Counted from the first letter of the stretch, positions 41,269 to 51,628 are shown. The stretch is 64,000 nucleotides of DNA from Nitrospirota bacterium (GCA_963737155.1 CAVTRN010000002.1:704001-768000); one strand, 5' to 3'. Numbers and translations are program-made. The notes: a model not told the origin generated them from the sequence alone.

Positions 41269-41541
41269 ATGGAAACCCAGGAGCTGAAAAAGTACCTTGC
41301 GAGATTCAGTATTGCCGGATTGCTTGCCGGTACTGGACTCGTGATAGGATTCGGTACGAGCAATGCCGTGGACAACTCAAATGGGGGGGGTGGCACAGGT
41401 ATTACCACTGAACAAAGTATGACAAAAAGCGGCGGGAGCGAATCAAAAGCTACTCCGACTTCAGAGCCAACCCCGACAGGCGGCTGATCCGGCTCAAAAG
41501 CTGAGCCAACGCCATCTGGTGGCGGAAGCGACAGCAAATAG
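41269..41541 (+). CDS. sbtA: SbtA-family (selenobiotic) RiPP precursor, probably read through UGA=Sec at 41485
   Basis: AGGAGGT SD; leader METQELKKYLARFSIAGLLAG; Gly/Ser-rich core; TGA followed by 17 in-frame codons that continue the internal repeat; directly upstream of the maturase. Confidence 0.75.
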
Positions 41542-41684
41542 TGCAGTTTGCACTATCAATGTTCCAGAAAAAATGCCGGCAGGATGAGTTTCCGGCTAAC
41601 ACGCATGGAACAAACATGGAGTTGAGCGGTCCCGGGGGTGCGAAAGAATACGCCGATCGCTCTCGGGATATTGTTTTTAGAACT

Positions 41685-43334
41685 ATGAATCCTTTGACAA
41701 ACGATAGACCTGATGACCGATACCGAGCATGCCGGTCAGTACTGGGCAATGCAGCATGGTCTCGTCTTTCCGCACGGTGTGCCAAGGCGCTTGCTGAAAA
41801 TTCGCTATCGGCTGCTCTTTCGGAGCCCGGCAAGAATAGGTTTCCTGAATTCTTGTCTGAACTTGCCAGCCTCGAGGAAGCCGTCGGCGTAGTCGGACGA
41901 GGGAAGGAATCCCTCCCAAAGGAGATAAGTCAGCCCTTAGTCAACCCAACGATCCAGATCGTGGAATTGTCCTGGAAGAACCTAGTCTCATTCCTCGGTT
42001 CTGATCGGAATATTTCTGTTGTACATCCTATTCGAGCGGATGAATGCGTTCTCCTTTGGTACAATCAGTTCACTGACCGCGTGTCAGCGCGGCCAGTGAA
42101 CGACGAGGATCTCCTGGTGCTCAAAATGGTGGTAGAAGGGATATCGTCCGAGGTCATTGCAGAACAGAACGATCTGCCGGTGGGAGCGGTTGATGCTGCG
42201 CTGTCTCGTGCCGTAGCGATTGGTCTCGTACTCACTCCGCCCTCTCACATCCGGCGAGATCCAAAGCTCTTTTCTCAGAACAATGTCATTCCCGAACGAT
42301 ACCTGTCGTCAACATCGTTCACGCTCCAGTGGCATATCACCCAGACCTGCGACCTGCACTGTAAGCATTGCTATGACCGAAGCAACCGTTCTCAAACGAC
42401 CCTTGATCAGGCTTTGCGGATCATTGAAGACCTGCGTGCATTCTGCAGGAACAAAAACGTTACCGGAGCGATCTCCTTCACAGGAGGCAATCCTCTTCTC
42501 CACCCGTCTTTTACAGAGATATACCGTGCAGCGGCGGAGCGCGGCTTTGCCACAGCTATCCTCGGTAATCCTGCTCCGGCGGAGCGAATCGCCGAGCTGA
42601 TCGCGATCCAGATGCCCGTTTTCTACCAGGTCAGCCTGGAGGGTCTCCGCGAACACAATGATACCATGCGCGGAACAGGACATTTCGACCGTGTTTTGGA
42701 ATTCCTGAAGGTCTTGAAAAGACTCAACGTTTCGTCCATGGTCATGCTTACGCTTACCAGCATGAATATCGACCAGGTCATCCCCCTAGCTAACATCCTG
42801 CGCGGAAAGGCTGATATCTTTCACTTCAACCGTCTCTCCGTGGTCGGTGAAGGCTCGCAACTTAGTCTGCCTGACGCACGCAAGTACAGAACATTTCTCG
42901 AAGCATATCTCAAAGCTGCCAAAACGAATTTAGCCATGGGCATGAAGGAGAATCTCATCAATATCCTCCGTTGGAACCAGGGTGATCCGGCATTTGGCGG
43001 CTGTACAGGCCACGGCTGTGGAGCTGCCTTTAATTTCGTAAGCCTCCTTGCCGATGGTAAGGTTTATGCCTGCCGTAAATTTCCCTCGCTTATCGGCAAC
43101 ATCTATCACCAGAGCCTGACCGAGATCTATGATTCGGATCAAGCGCATCGCTACCGTTCGGGTAGTCAAGCCTGCTGGTGTTGCACCCTTCATCCAGTCT
43201 GCGGCGGATGTCTTGCGAGCGCTCATAGCCACAATCTCGATGTCCTTAAGGATAAAGACCCTTTCTGCTTCATGCGTAACATTGAAAATGAAGCTATGAA
43301 GAGGTGGGTAAGCGGAAACACGGCTGGTGTATAA
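41685..43334 (+). CDS. sbtM: Thio(seleno)oxazole radical SAM/SPASM maturase SbtM
   Basis: FTLQWHITQTCDLHCKHCYDRS, FGGCTGHGCGAAFNF, ACRKFPS, CWCC...CGGC...DPFCF; start uncertain. Confidence 0.85.
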   Translation: MNPLTNDRPDDRYRACRSVLGNAAWSRLSARCAKALAENSLSAALSEPGKNRFPEFLSELASLEEAVGVVGRGKESLPKEISQPLVNPTIQIVELSWKNLVSFLGSDRNISVVHPIRADECVLLWYNQFTDRVSARPVNDEDLLVLKMVVEGISSEVIAEQNDLPVGAVDAALSRAVAIGLVLTPPSHIRRDPKLFSQNNVIPERYLSSTSFTLQWHITQTCDLHCKHCYDRSNRSQTTLDQALRIIEDLRAFCRNKNVTGAISFTGGNPLLHPSFTEIYRAAAERGFATAILGNPAPAERIAELIAIQMPVFYQVSLEGLREHNDTMRGTGHFDRVLEFLKVLKRLNVSSMVMLTLTSMNIDQVIPLANILRGKADIFHFNRLSVVGEGSQLSLPDARKYRTFLEAYLKAAKTNLAMGMKENLINILRWNQGDPAFGGCTGHGCGAAFNFVSLLADGKVYACRKFPSLIGNIYHQSLTEIYDSDQAHRYRSGSQACWCCTLHPVCGGCLASAHSHNLDVLKDKDPFCFMRNIENEAMKRWVSGNTAGV

Positions 43335-43393
43335 TGTAATAGTTGACGATGCAAGCATGGCGCGGCTCTTGTGCTTCATTATTCTGAGAGAAT

Positions 43394-43672
43394 ATGCCAA
43401 ACACAACATTTAAGGTCATAGAAGCCTTTAACATCCGGGGACATGGTGTAGTTCTCGTGGGGGACAAGTCATTTTCAGATTTTCTCGAAATCAAGTCATG
43501 CGATATCGAAATCATCACACCGAACGGAGATGTCCTGAAGGGCGTTGCCTTCAAAGAATGGCTCCTTGGTTCGCCGAAAACTCAGCAGGATGAGATTGAA
43601 GCTTTCTTTGTCAGAGGAATGAAAAAAGCTGATATCCCGATAGGTTCTATGGTCAGCGTCAATCAAGAATAG
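43394..43672 (+). CDS. Small hypothetical beta-rich protein
   Basis: 92-aa ORF; N-terminus FKVIEAFNIRGHGVVLVG loosely resembles EF-Tu domain II. Confidence 0.55.
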   Translation: MPNTTFKVIEAFNIRGHGVVLVGDKSFSDFLEIKSCDIEIITPNGDVLKGVAFKEWLLGSPKTQQDEIEAFFVRGMKKADIPIGSMVSVNQE

Positions 43673-43869
43673 GCCAGCCAGCAGCGAGTACATATCTCAT
43701 AGTTGTGCCAAGTCGTTATGCCTATTTTCTTAGAAATTCGCTATAAGTTCAAATTGCCGGAATTGCGTCTTAAAAGGGATAGAGTGCGATATTTGTTCGC
43801 GCGGCATGCTACTGATCAATGGAATGAAGCCTTTATGGTGGGTGGAAAGTACAATTTCAGGGAATTGCT

Positions 43870-43902
43870 AGAGGTCCTCGGTTCAATTCCTGCCACCGCT
43901 AC
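43870..43902 (+). other. Degenerate tRNA 3'-end fragment (fMet-like), possible att scar
   Basis: GAGGTCCTCGGTTCAATTCCTGCCACCGCTAC resembles a T-arm plus acceptor strand; no 5' half found. Confidence 0.45.
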
Positions 43903-44022
43903 TTCACCGAGATTATAGCACTTCAAAGAGTAGCTCTAAAATCGGAATCGGCAGCCGCAAAAAAGGCAGAAAAATTGGCAATGATTGCTGAACGGAACAC
44001 TGGGACAACAGCCAAAAATATG

Positions 44023-44949
44023 CTAATCGTACTCAAAGGTGAGCTCAAGGCCGACATAGCGCAGTCGATTGTTGTAAAATTGGCCGTAAGGTGAAAAACC
44101 ATCGTAGCCTTCAAGCAGAAAACGGATGGACCGGCCAGGATCAGTCCCGTCGAATTGCAAGCCGGCCTTAAGCGATGCGTTCAGGGGCCAATTATTCTCC
44201 TGAGTGCATTTCAGATCCAAACCTCCGACTAGCCGTCCCTCCAACAGGATTTTATCGGCACCGTAATATTCCATGCCGCCCTGTACGGTGACCGGCTTAT
44301 AGTCGCTCGGCTCCTTGTGAACCATAATTTCTCCACCAGAATAAATGCGCCATTTTGTCCATTCATATGATGCTATGAAGTTGAGCGCCTCATATTCAAA
44401 TTCGAATCGCGTAATGTTGGAATGCAGCAAGTACTGGTCTCCCACGTGGGAGCTTTGATGATAAAAGTTGAGCCGATATGATGCAGGCCCGTTCCGGAAA
44501 GTGAAAGGAATGCCGATGAAATAATCATTATCCACCAGGTAGAACTCCCGGGTATTAAGATCAAATTCGGCATAAATCGCTCCGCTAATGTTGGCCTGCC
44601 AGCTGTAACCTCCGCTGTTATTAATGAAACGATACAATCCAAACATGTCCCCTAAAGTGCCGGCAAATATTTCTGTGCTTTGAGACAGGTACTGATGAGC
44701 CTCCTGGTAGGGGCGATAACTGAGCGAAAAGCAAGGTTCCTTCGGATCAGCTATCAGCGGTTGAAAAAGGTTACCCCTTGGTAAAAATATACTTTCATCG
44801 GACTTACCCGTCTCTCCAGGTGCAATTTTACTTTCCGCAGCTAAAAGTTCTGCGGCTTTATCATCTGCTTGTGCAGCGTGACAAAAAAATAGAGACATGA
44901 ACAGGAGCAGGGCAAGAATGGGAAATATTGTGATAAAATTATGTCGCAT
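44023..44949 (-). CDS. DUF1207-like exported / outer-membrane protein
   Basis: Signal peptide; LFQPLIADPKEP, YHQSSHVGDQY, alternating-residue C-terminal strand. Confidence 0.75.
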   Translation of the reverse strand: MRHNFITIFPILALLLFMSLFFCHAAQADDKAAELLAAESKIAPGETGKSDESIFLPRGNLFQPLIADPKEPCFSLSYRPYQEAHQYLSQSTEIFAGTLGDMFGLYRFINNSGGYSWQANISGAIYAEFDLNTREFYLVDNDYFIGIPFTFRNGPASYRLNFYHQSSHVGDQYLLHSNITRFEFEYEALNFIASYEWTKWRIYSGGEIMVHKEPSDYKPVTVQGGMEYYGADKILLEGRLVGGLDLKCTQENNWPLNASLKAGLQFDGTDPGRSIRFLLEGYDGFSPYGQFYNNRLRYVGLELTFEYD

Positions 44950-45439
44950 TGCACCACCTCGCCCTTTGTGGCTCCATTTACAATGAAAATTTATGGGCAT
45001 AACGCTCGCGAATACAGATGGAATTTTATATATTGCCAAGAATAAAAATCAATAACAGGAAGTTTCTTGATTGCGAACTTTAAACATCAGGCTGAGTACA
45101 CTCATTTACGCGAAAGTGTGTTAGCACTACTGCGAGTATCTTGCATAGAATGAATTTATATAGAAAAAATAATTCTGACTATAAAAAACATTTGGGATGT
45201 ACAGACAATCCCGCAAAATAGGGATTCACTTCTCGTCTCGATCCGACAAAGGAGCTGTCGGCCGTGTAAATCTCTATTTTTTTACTTTGCCAATTTTTTT
45301 CGCACAATCAGGTAGACTTATATGCCATAATATAGCACAATTTTTCTCAAATTGTATTATTGAGGTTTAGCAATACTCTTCGCGCAACGAATGTTATCGC
45401 CATCGCAACGACCGGCTTCGATCATCACAGAAGAGGTTG

Positions 45440-45790
45440 GCACCGGCTGATCCTGAGCACCAAGAGCGTGGTGAAAGACATTATTGCGGGCGCCAGCAAT
45501 GTAGGTGGCGAGTTTCTTTCCTTCGTGGAGTACACGGCCAGAGGCGCAGCGAAAGAGCCCGCGGAAGCCAGTGAGGATGTAGCTTTGGTAGTCAGGCGGG
45601 CCGTGAATGTCGTTATCGAGGCAACAAGGAAAATTGGCGGGAACACGGAGAGGTTGCTCAAGTCGCTGTAACAGGCCCCATGAAGCCGCATCGACGATCG
45701 GCAACACGGCGACCAAAGCGGTCAGGATATGCTGGTCGGGGTAGGAATAAGGGATGTAGCGGGTGGCGCAATTTCGAAATTCAGGCTGGC
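45440..45790 (+). pseudogene. Frameshifted remnant of an Ala/Gly/Val-rich helical-repeat protein
   Basis: VVKDIIAGASNVGGEF...VARRAV-like segment; the pattern (EAASTIGNTATKAV...) continues only after frameshifts. Confidence 0.45.
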
Positions 45791-45848
45791 TTCCTGCCTG
45801 GCCGGCTGATCGAACAAAGGATTGATTCCGGTTTCGAGGGTGTCGGTG

Positions 45849-46454
45849 TTATTCTACAATACTTGCTGCTTCTTTACTTGTTAATATCCCTTTTTTTACA
45901 AGAAGAGTAACCAATTTTTTAATTTTCGCTTCAACTTGGGGTGCTGGTGTTGCTTTGTCCCATATACTCTCTTGTTGAATCAATGTTGGTTCTTCTGGAA
46001 CATCTAGTCTTGCAGATCTTCGATGCACAAGAGTGCCACTATAATATTGTCTAATGAAAGCCTGAATTTCCGATTCAAGGGAAAGCAATGGTTTTATTTT
46101 ACAACCTAGAGCAAATTCCATATCGGTAACGACATCTAAATTAGAAGGGTAAGACATGGCAACTTCAAGAACATTGCCTACTTTTCTAACTGGGATAGCT
46201 TCGAATTTCCGTATAATTGACTCTTTTACTTTTTTCAGTTCCTCATCAGAAAAGTCTTCAGAGAATATGTCTGTATAAGGAACTTTGATATGTTGAGAAA
46301 TTGCTCTGGCTATACCAACTTCATCAACGAAGAATAATTCAGTAATGATATGCCCTAATTTACCACCGGTGTTTTTTTGATGCGCTAATGCCTCTTCTAA
46401 TTGTATTTCATTAATAAGTTTTGATTCGACGAGAATTTCACCCAATTTTTTCAT
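45849..46454 (-). CDS. Stand-alone MshEN / T2SSE N-terminal domain protein
   Basis: KLGEILVESKLINEIQLEEALAHQ, AIPV...LEVAMSYP; no ATPase domain. Confidence 0.8.
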   Translation of the reverse strand: MKKLGEILVESKLINEIQLEEALAHQKNTGGKLGHIITELFFVDEVGIARAISQHIKVPYTDIFSEDFSDEELKKVKESIIRKFEAIPVRKVGNVLEVAMSYPSNLDVVTDMEFALGCKIKPLLSLESEIQAFIRQYYSGTLVHRRSARLDVPEEPTLIQQESIWDKATPAPQVEAKIKKLVTLLVKKGILTSKEAASIVE

Positions 46455-47069
46455 ATAATATTTACCTTACGCGGACAAGCCGGAACCAACAGGTTTGATA
46501 AAAATCAATGCTACTCTGAGTCTCTACTCTTTGCAGTCATTGAGGTCGAGAAGATATTGATTCTTTAGTCGCAAATACAAGGGCATAACATTTTGAATCA
46601 ATAAAAATGGATAACTTGATGATTTCATAGAGCTACTTTTGCGAGTTTGCAACAATGATCCCGCGTGTTTGTACTAATATGGCAATATCACATTATTTTG
46701 ACTATCTCAGAAGTATGTATTTTATTTAATATAAATGGTTTTGTCAAGTTAATGCATGGCAGATCTGCAATTTAAGCTGTGAGCCGAAACCAATACATTC
46801 ACGGGATTCTTTCTGAAATTAGGATTTAATAATTCCTGGACTTGATGCTTTCAGGCTCTCTTGCGTAGAAAGAAAAGGTAGTCAGTTCGGGTGATAAGGA
46901 CTTTCCTACACCACTCACGAAGAATGCCGACGGTGTAACTTCGATATTACGCGAAAACCTCCGGATTGATTGAAGAGATAATCAGGCGACATATGGAATT
47001 TTAAAAAAGGTTGACAAGGAGCAACTGAAGTTGGGTTTTTAAAAGTGCCATGGGCGTGACCGTGAGTAT

Positions 47070-48566
47070 CTACTGCCATTCAATTCCCTTTGAAGTTAAA
47101 ATGGTTTGGGCTTTTTTATATCCTAATCTTGCAGCCATCTTAAGATTTTGGACCATCATATCGTTGTTTCCTTGAGCGGCATAAGCAACCGCTCGATAAG
47201 CATATGCCTCGGCATCATTTGGGTTAAGTTCTATAGCCTTGCTATAATCATCGATAGCCTGCTGATAATCGCCTAAATCATTAAAAGCACTCCCTCGATT
47301 AATATATGCCTCGGCATCATTTGGATTTAGTTCTATAGCTTTGCTGTAATCATCGATAGCCCGCTGATGGTCGCCTAAATCGTTGTAAGCGCCGCCTCGA
47401 TTATTATATGCCTGCGACATTTTCGGATTTAGCTTTACAGCATTGTTGTAATCATCGATAGCCTTATGATGATCGCCTAAATCGTTTAACGCACTCCCTC
47501 GATTATAGTATGCCTCGGCATAATTTGGATTTAGTTCTATCGCTCTGTTGTAATCATCGACAGCCTTGTGATGGTATCCTAAGGCGTCATAAGTAACTCC
47601 CCGATTTGAGTATGCCTCCGCGTAATCTGGATTTAGTTTTATAGCTTTGCTGTAATCGTCTACGGCCTGCTGCAGATTTCCTGCAGTCTTATAAGAAAAC
47701 CCTCGATTAAAGTATGCCATTGCAAATTCCGGATTTAATCCAATAGCATTGTTGTAATCATCGATAGCCCGCTGGTGGTTGCCTAAATTCTCATAGTTGA
47801 ACCCTCGATTATTATATGCATCGGCGTTATTTGGGATCAGTTCCAGGACTTTATTGTAATCATTGATAGCCTGCTGATGGTTACCCAGTCTGGTATAAGC
47901 ATCGCCACGACCATAATATGCGAATGCAAATTTTGGGTTCAGCTCTATCGCTTTACTATATGCATCAATCGCAGTTTTAAAGTTATTTGATACATAAAAT
48001 GCCAGACCCTTATCAAACCAATCTGATGCACTTAAATCTTTAATCGCTTTTGCATATTCACGCAGTTTCTGGGTATCCCACTTGGCCGATTTCAATTCAC
48101 TCTTGAGCCTTTCAACTTCCCTCATTGCTCCTTCAGCTCTTTTCTTTGAGTCCTCAAGTTCATTTCTTTTCTGTACATCAGTTCCTAATGCATTAACTGA
48201 CTTAGCTACCTCCTTCGGGTCTGCCGTAATCTTTGCTCGGAGATAGTAGGTTCTACCATTCCAATTTTCGTCAATAACTTCTCGACTCACGACCCCTGCC
48301 GTAAGCGTTGTTACTTGGTCTTTGGTCATCTCAAAATTCTTAACTTCGGTTTCACTAATAAGGTAAACCCCAAGCTGATCCAACAAAGCCCTTTTAACTC
48401 GTTCAAGTGCAATGGCTCGGCTCGATACCTTGCTGTCGATATCGCTTGCCCTGTAGGTGTATTCTTTGATGATGGTTATGTTTTCAGCGGAAGCTATATT
48501 GGCCAGAATAAAAGAGATTATTATGCCCATAAATACTGAAGTTAATTTGGCTCTACTCATTACCAT
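47070..48566 (-). CDS. Exported TPR-repeat protein (about 9 TPRs)
   Basis: Signal peptide; 34-aa repeats AYxNRG...AIDDYxKAIELNP. Confidence 0.92.
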   Translation of the reverse strand: MVMSRAKLTSVFMGIIISFILANIASAENITIIKEYTYRASDIDSKVSSRAIALERVKRALLDQLGVYLISETEVKNFEMTKDQVTTLTAGVVSREVIDENWNGRTYYLRAKITADPKEVAKSVNALGTDVQKRNELEDSKKRAEGAMREVERLKSELKSAKWDTQKLREYAKAIKDLSASDWFDKGLAFYVSNNFKTAIDAYSKAIELNPKFAFAYYGRGDAYTRLGNHQQAINDYNKVLELIPNNADAYNNRGFNYENLGNHQRAIDDYNNAIGLNPEFAMAYFNRGFSYKTAGNLQQAVDDYSKAIKLNPDYAEAYSNRGVTYDALGYHHKAVDDYNRAIELNPNYAEAYYNRGSALNDLGDHHKAIDDYNNAVKLNPKMSQAYNNRGGAYNDLGDHQRAIDDYSKAIELNPNDAEAYINRGSAFNDLGDYQQAIDDYSKAIELNPNDAEAYAYRAVAYAAQGNNDMMVQNLKMAARLGYKKAQTILTSKGIEWQ

Positions 48567-48810
48567 CGCTCCTCCCTATAACGATAAAATTATCCCATAA
48601 TTTACAAAGCGCAGGAAGACAAAACTTGCATAGCTGCCGCAGGATGCGAAGGTGGTCATGGATGGGGTGAGAATTTGCAGAAGGCCTCATTTCTGTCTGT
48701 AGGGTAGTAGGCGAGTCACACCGTTACCTATTGTTCATGTTGCCAAAATAATCAGCCTATAATGGCAGATGCGAAAGTCAACAAGAGGGTTATAAACTAA
48801 GCAATAGTTA

Positions 48811-49010
48811 TTATTGCCATTTGATTTTATGTGAAGTTAAATAGCTTTGGGCATCCGCGTTTGCCCGCTTCGCAACCGTTTCAAAATCTTGTATATATTT
48901 TTTATTTTCCTAATTTGTAATAAGCCATCCTCGCTTACTGTATGCTGGCATCTTCGGGATTCAGTTTTATAGCTTTATTGACATCATTGAGCAGCCTGAT
49001 AGCTTTCCCA
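48811..49010 (-). pseudogene. Degraded 3' end of a paralogous TPR gene
   Basis: Reverse strand reads DVNKAIKLNPEDA/AYSKR/MAYYKLGK, then IQDFETVAKRANADAQSYLTSHKIKWQ*, mirroring the intact gene's C-terminus. Confidence 0.7.
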
Positions 49011-49591
49011 TGAACTTTTGTTGTTCGCGGAGGCTATATTAGTAAAAAAGAACGAGCCTATCAGACCTGAAACTTCGAAACCTAAATTGGCTCTATTCCA
49101 TACCATTAGCCTCTTCTCCATATTAGAAAAAATATGACAGAAAGGCAAGCTGAGTTTTAAAAAGTTGAAACGGGGTATTGCATAAACGTTATGGCAAGAG
49201 ATTGCAATCCTGTCAAGTGTCGTTAGTGAGGTAGACCTAATATTAGAACGAGTGGAATCGCTGTAAAAACATGTGCACATAATAATTCCTTTTAGTGCGC
49301 GACAGTTTCATTCTTTCGAAAATTGCAGAATACATGATACATGTCGAATTCGTGGTGACGAACCAGAAAAATACTTGATTGGCCAATGCATTTGTGCAAT
49401 TACATGCCGCTATCCTTCGATTAGAGTTTTTATTAACTAAACGGGAGGACCCAGATCGCCCGAAATATCCCCATTGATCAATAGGGCTTTCAAGCTTCCG
49501 GACAGTCATGTGTTCACGGCCGGGATGCAAAATATTGTGCAGCTTTTCAGAAGAACCGCAAAACAGGCGCAGTGTCCGAAAGCTGAAAAAT

Positions 49592-49628
49592 AAAAAAAAC
49601 GCGGACAGCGTGACCTGTTTCCGCGTTT
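49592..49628 (-). terminator. Intrinsic terminator for the minus-strand pair 49680-50846
   Basis: AAACGCGGA...TCCGCGTTT stem followed by a T-run on the minus strand. Confidence 0.7.
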
Positions 49629-49679
49629 GGTGTCCTCATCATGCCGGCTGCTAAACTTCCGTTCATCCTTGAGATATCT

Positions 49680-50486
49680 TTACCGTCTTTCACCACGAAA
49701 TGCGGGACGGTGGAGTCGTCCACCATAGTGCGCTCTATCGCGATTATATCGTCCGAACTCTACGTCACGAAAATGCCGGATTTGTCCAATACGGTACATG
49801 AGTAAAGCTGGTGGTAAATATCTCCTGCCGGCAAACGACCACGGGCCGTTGTAATATGGCCCCCGAAACCAATACCCACCATAGAAGTATAAATATTCAC
49901 TCCCCGTAAAAAAAAGGTCATAAGGAATTCCGACTGCAACATACAAACCGAGTTCAGGCGAATAAACGAACTGCGGTGCTTCGTCAAGATAAAACCCTGG
50001 CGGAGGCGTGACAACATCGGGTTGGGGAGACGCGGCTGCTACGGGGCCATATCCAGGCACCTGATTCCCGTAGGCATACATGCATTGGACATACGCATTG
50101 TCATATCTGCGCTGGGCCGCCCTGCCAGAGACCTGGCCGGCGTTTGAACCGGCTGCCGTCCCAACGAGAAGCCCCCCTACGGCACCAATGAGGGCGCCTT
50201 GTCCAGCATGGCCGGAGGCTGAACCTAAGGCTGCACCCACCCCCGCTCCTACTGCTGTTCCGGCAACTGCTCCTGTGGCAACGTCACTTTCATAGGTCTG
50301 TTCAGGTGACATATTAAGATGTTGCTGCGCCCACTGTCTACACGTCGCATCTTCGGATTGGAATACGTCAAAAGGCTTTCCTGGAGCCGGCAAGACCGTG
50401 ACGCTCGGCCCCGTGGGGACAGTGGCACATCCACCCACGACCAGAAGAGCAAAAGATATCAAGATGCTTTGTTTGAAAGTTAACAT
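49680..50486 (-). CDS. Glycine-zipper lipoprotein
   Basis: Lipobox VGGC; GAVAGTAVGAGVGAALG; QRRYDNAYVQCMYAYGNQVP. Confidence 0.85.
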   Translation of the reverse strand: MLTFKQSILISFALLVVGGCATVPTGPSVTVLPAPGKPFDVFQSEDATCRQWAQQHLNMSPEQTYESDVATGAVAGTAVGAGVGAALGSASGHAGQGALIGAVGGLLVGTAAGSNAGQVSGRAAQRRYDNAYVQCMYAYGNQVPGYGPVAAASPQPDVVTPPPGFYLDEAPQFVYSPELGLYVAVGIPYDLFFTGSEYLYFYGGYWFRGPYYNGPWSFAGRRYLPPALLMYRIGQIRHFRDVEFGRYNRDRAHYGGRLHRPAFRGERR

Positions 50487-50492
50487 TAGACT

Positions 50493-50846
50493 TCACTCCT
50501 TTCCCTTTGGCGGACCCGGGGTTGGAACAACCTTAATCCATCCGCTGGGACATTGTTTCACATATGGGTAATAGGCCTTGGATTCCTGACAGTAATACCA
50601 GTAATACTGCTGTTCCTTCACCTGAGGGGCCTGTTGTTCATATATGGGGGATTGTTGCTGTATAACAATGGGCGGCTCCGAGTAATAGTAAGGGGAGTAA
50701 TAATAAGGATAGTAAGGCGCCCCCCACCACGGCCATACCGGTCCTATCCCAATGCCTACCCTCACACCTCCATATGTAGAACCGGGTAAGAAACCCGCAA
50801 GGAGGAATATACTGACGGCCACGAAGATATAAATGCCCTTTTTCAT
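50493..50846 (-). CDS. Exported Pro/Tyr-rich hypothetical protein
   Basis: Signal peptide; YWYYC...AYYPYVKQCPSGW; GGTGGAG SD. Confidence 0.8.
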   Translation of the reverse strand: MKKGIYIFVAVSIFLLAGFLPGSTYGGVRVGIGIGPVWPWWGAPYYPYYYSPYYYSEPPIVIQQQSPIYEQQAPQVKEQQYYWYYCQESKAYYPYVKQCPSGWIKVVPTPGPPKGKE

Positions 50847-51628
50847 GCTCCACCATCCTTATATCATTGTAGCACACCTATTATAGTGACGGTTTAATGA
50901 AATAATACTTTAGAACCGCCAATCCAATAGTGTATGTCAGATTGCAGGCTCTCAGGCTGGGCTCGTTGCCACAAAACCTCAAACAGAAATATTTGATCAA
51001 GCGTGGAGTAAATATTCAGATTTGGGTTATGCAAAAGGAAGTGCATGCTAATCTCAAGCAGTGCCCGATATCACTTGGAAATGGAAGGTTACGAAGCTAC
51101 CCGACGGAGGAAATTTCAGAAATTCCAGCTCCGATGATCGGGTATCTCGGTTCTTTCCCGCATTTTCTGGGAATCGAGCGGTCGTCCACGTTTGGGACAC
51201 AATGGTACCGCCGATTCATTATGCAGAAGTAGTTATTCATCGACCGATCCCGAGATAAAGGCAACTAGTGTTTCCAGTCCACAAGGCATCTCTCGCAAAT
51301 GTATTTTGGATAATATCGACAAGACTATATACAAGCTTCACGAGATGATTGGTATGCAGGGCAAAAGGCGAAAACTATGTCACAAATAAAAAACATAACG
51401 CTAGAATATTTCGCTTGAGTATTTAGATCATATGACTTGGTTGCTGATCGGACAGGCAGGATCATAAAAAAAGCATAGAGTATTTGTGGATGTTTATCTG
51501 TGCTATTCAGACAAGCTGTTCATGTTTATATTTTAATGAGGAATTGCTTGCTGGTAATATAATACCGGAAATACGCTGTCTGTACTGCGTAATTCGAAGA
51601 AGAGAAGTTGAGGGGATGTTTTTTCTGA

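Noticed and set aside
47200-47960. 102-bp periodic repeats as a CRISPR array or DGR template
   Set aside because: They are in-frame TPR coding repeats; no spacers, cas genes or reverse transcriptase.
51070-51115. EMEGYEATRR, a receiver-domain-like fragment
   Set aside because: Too short to distinguish from chance.
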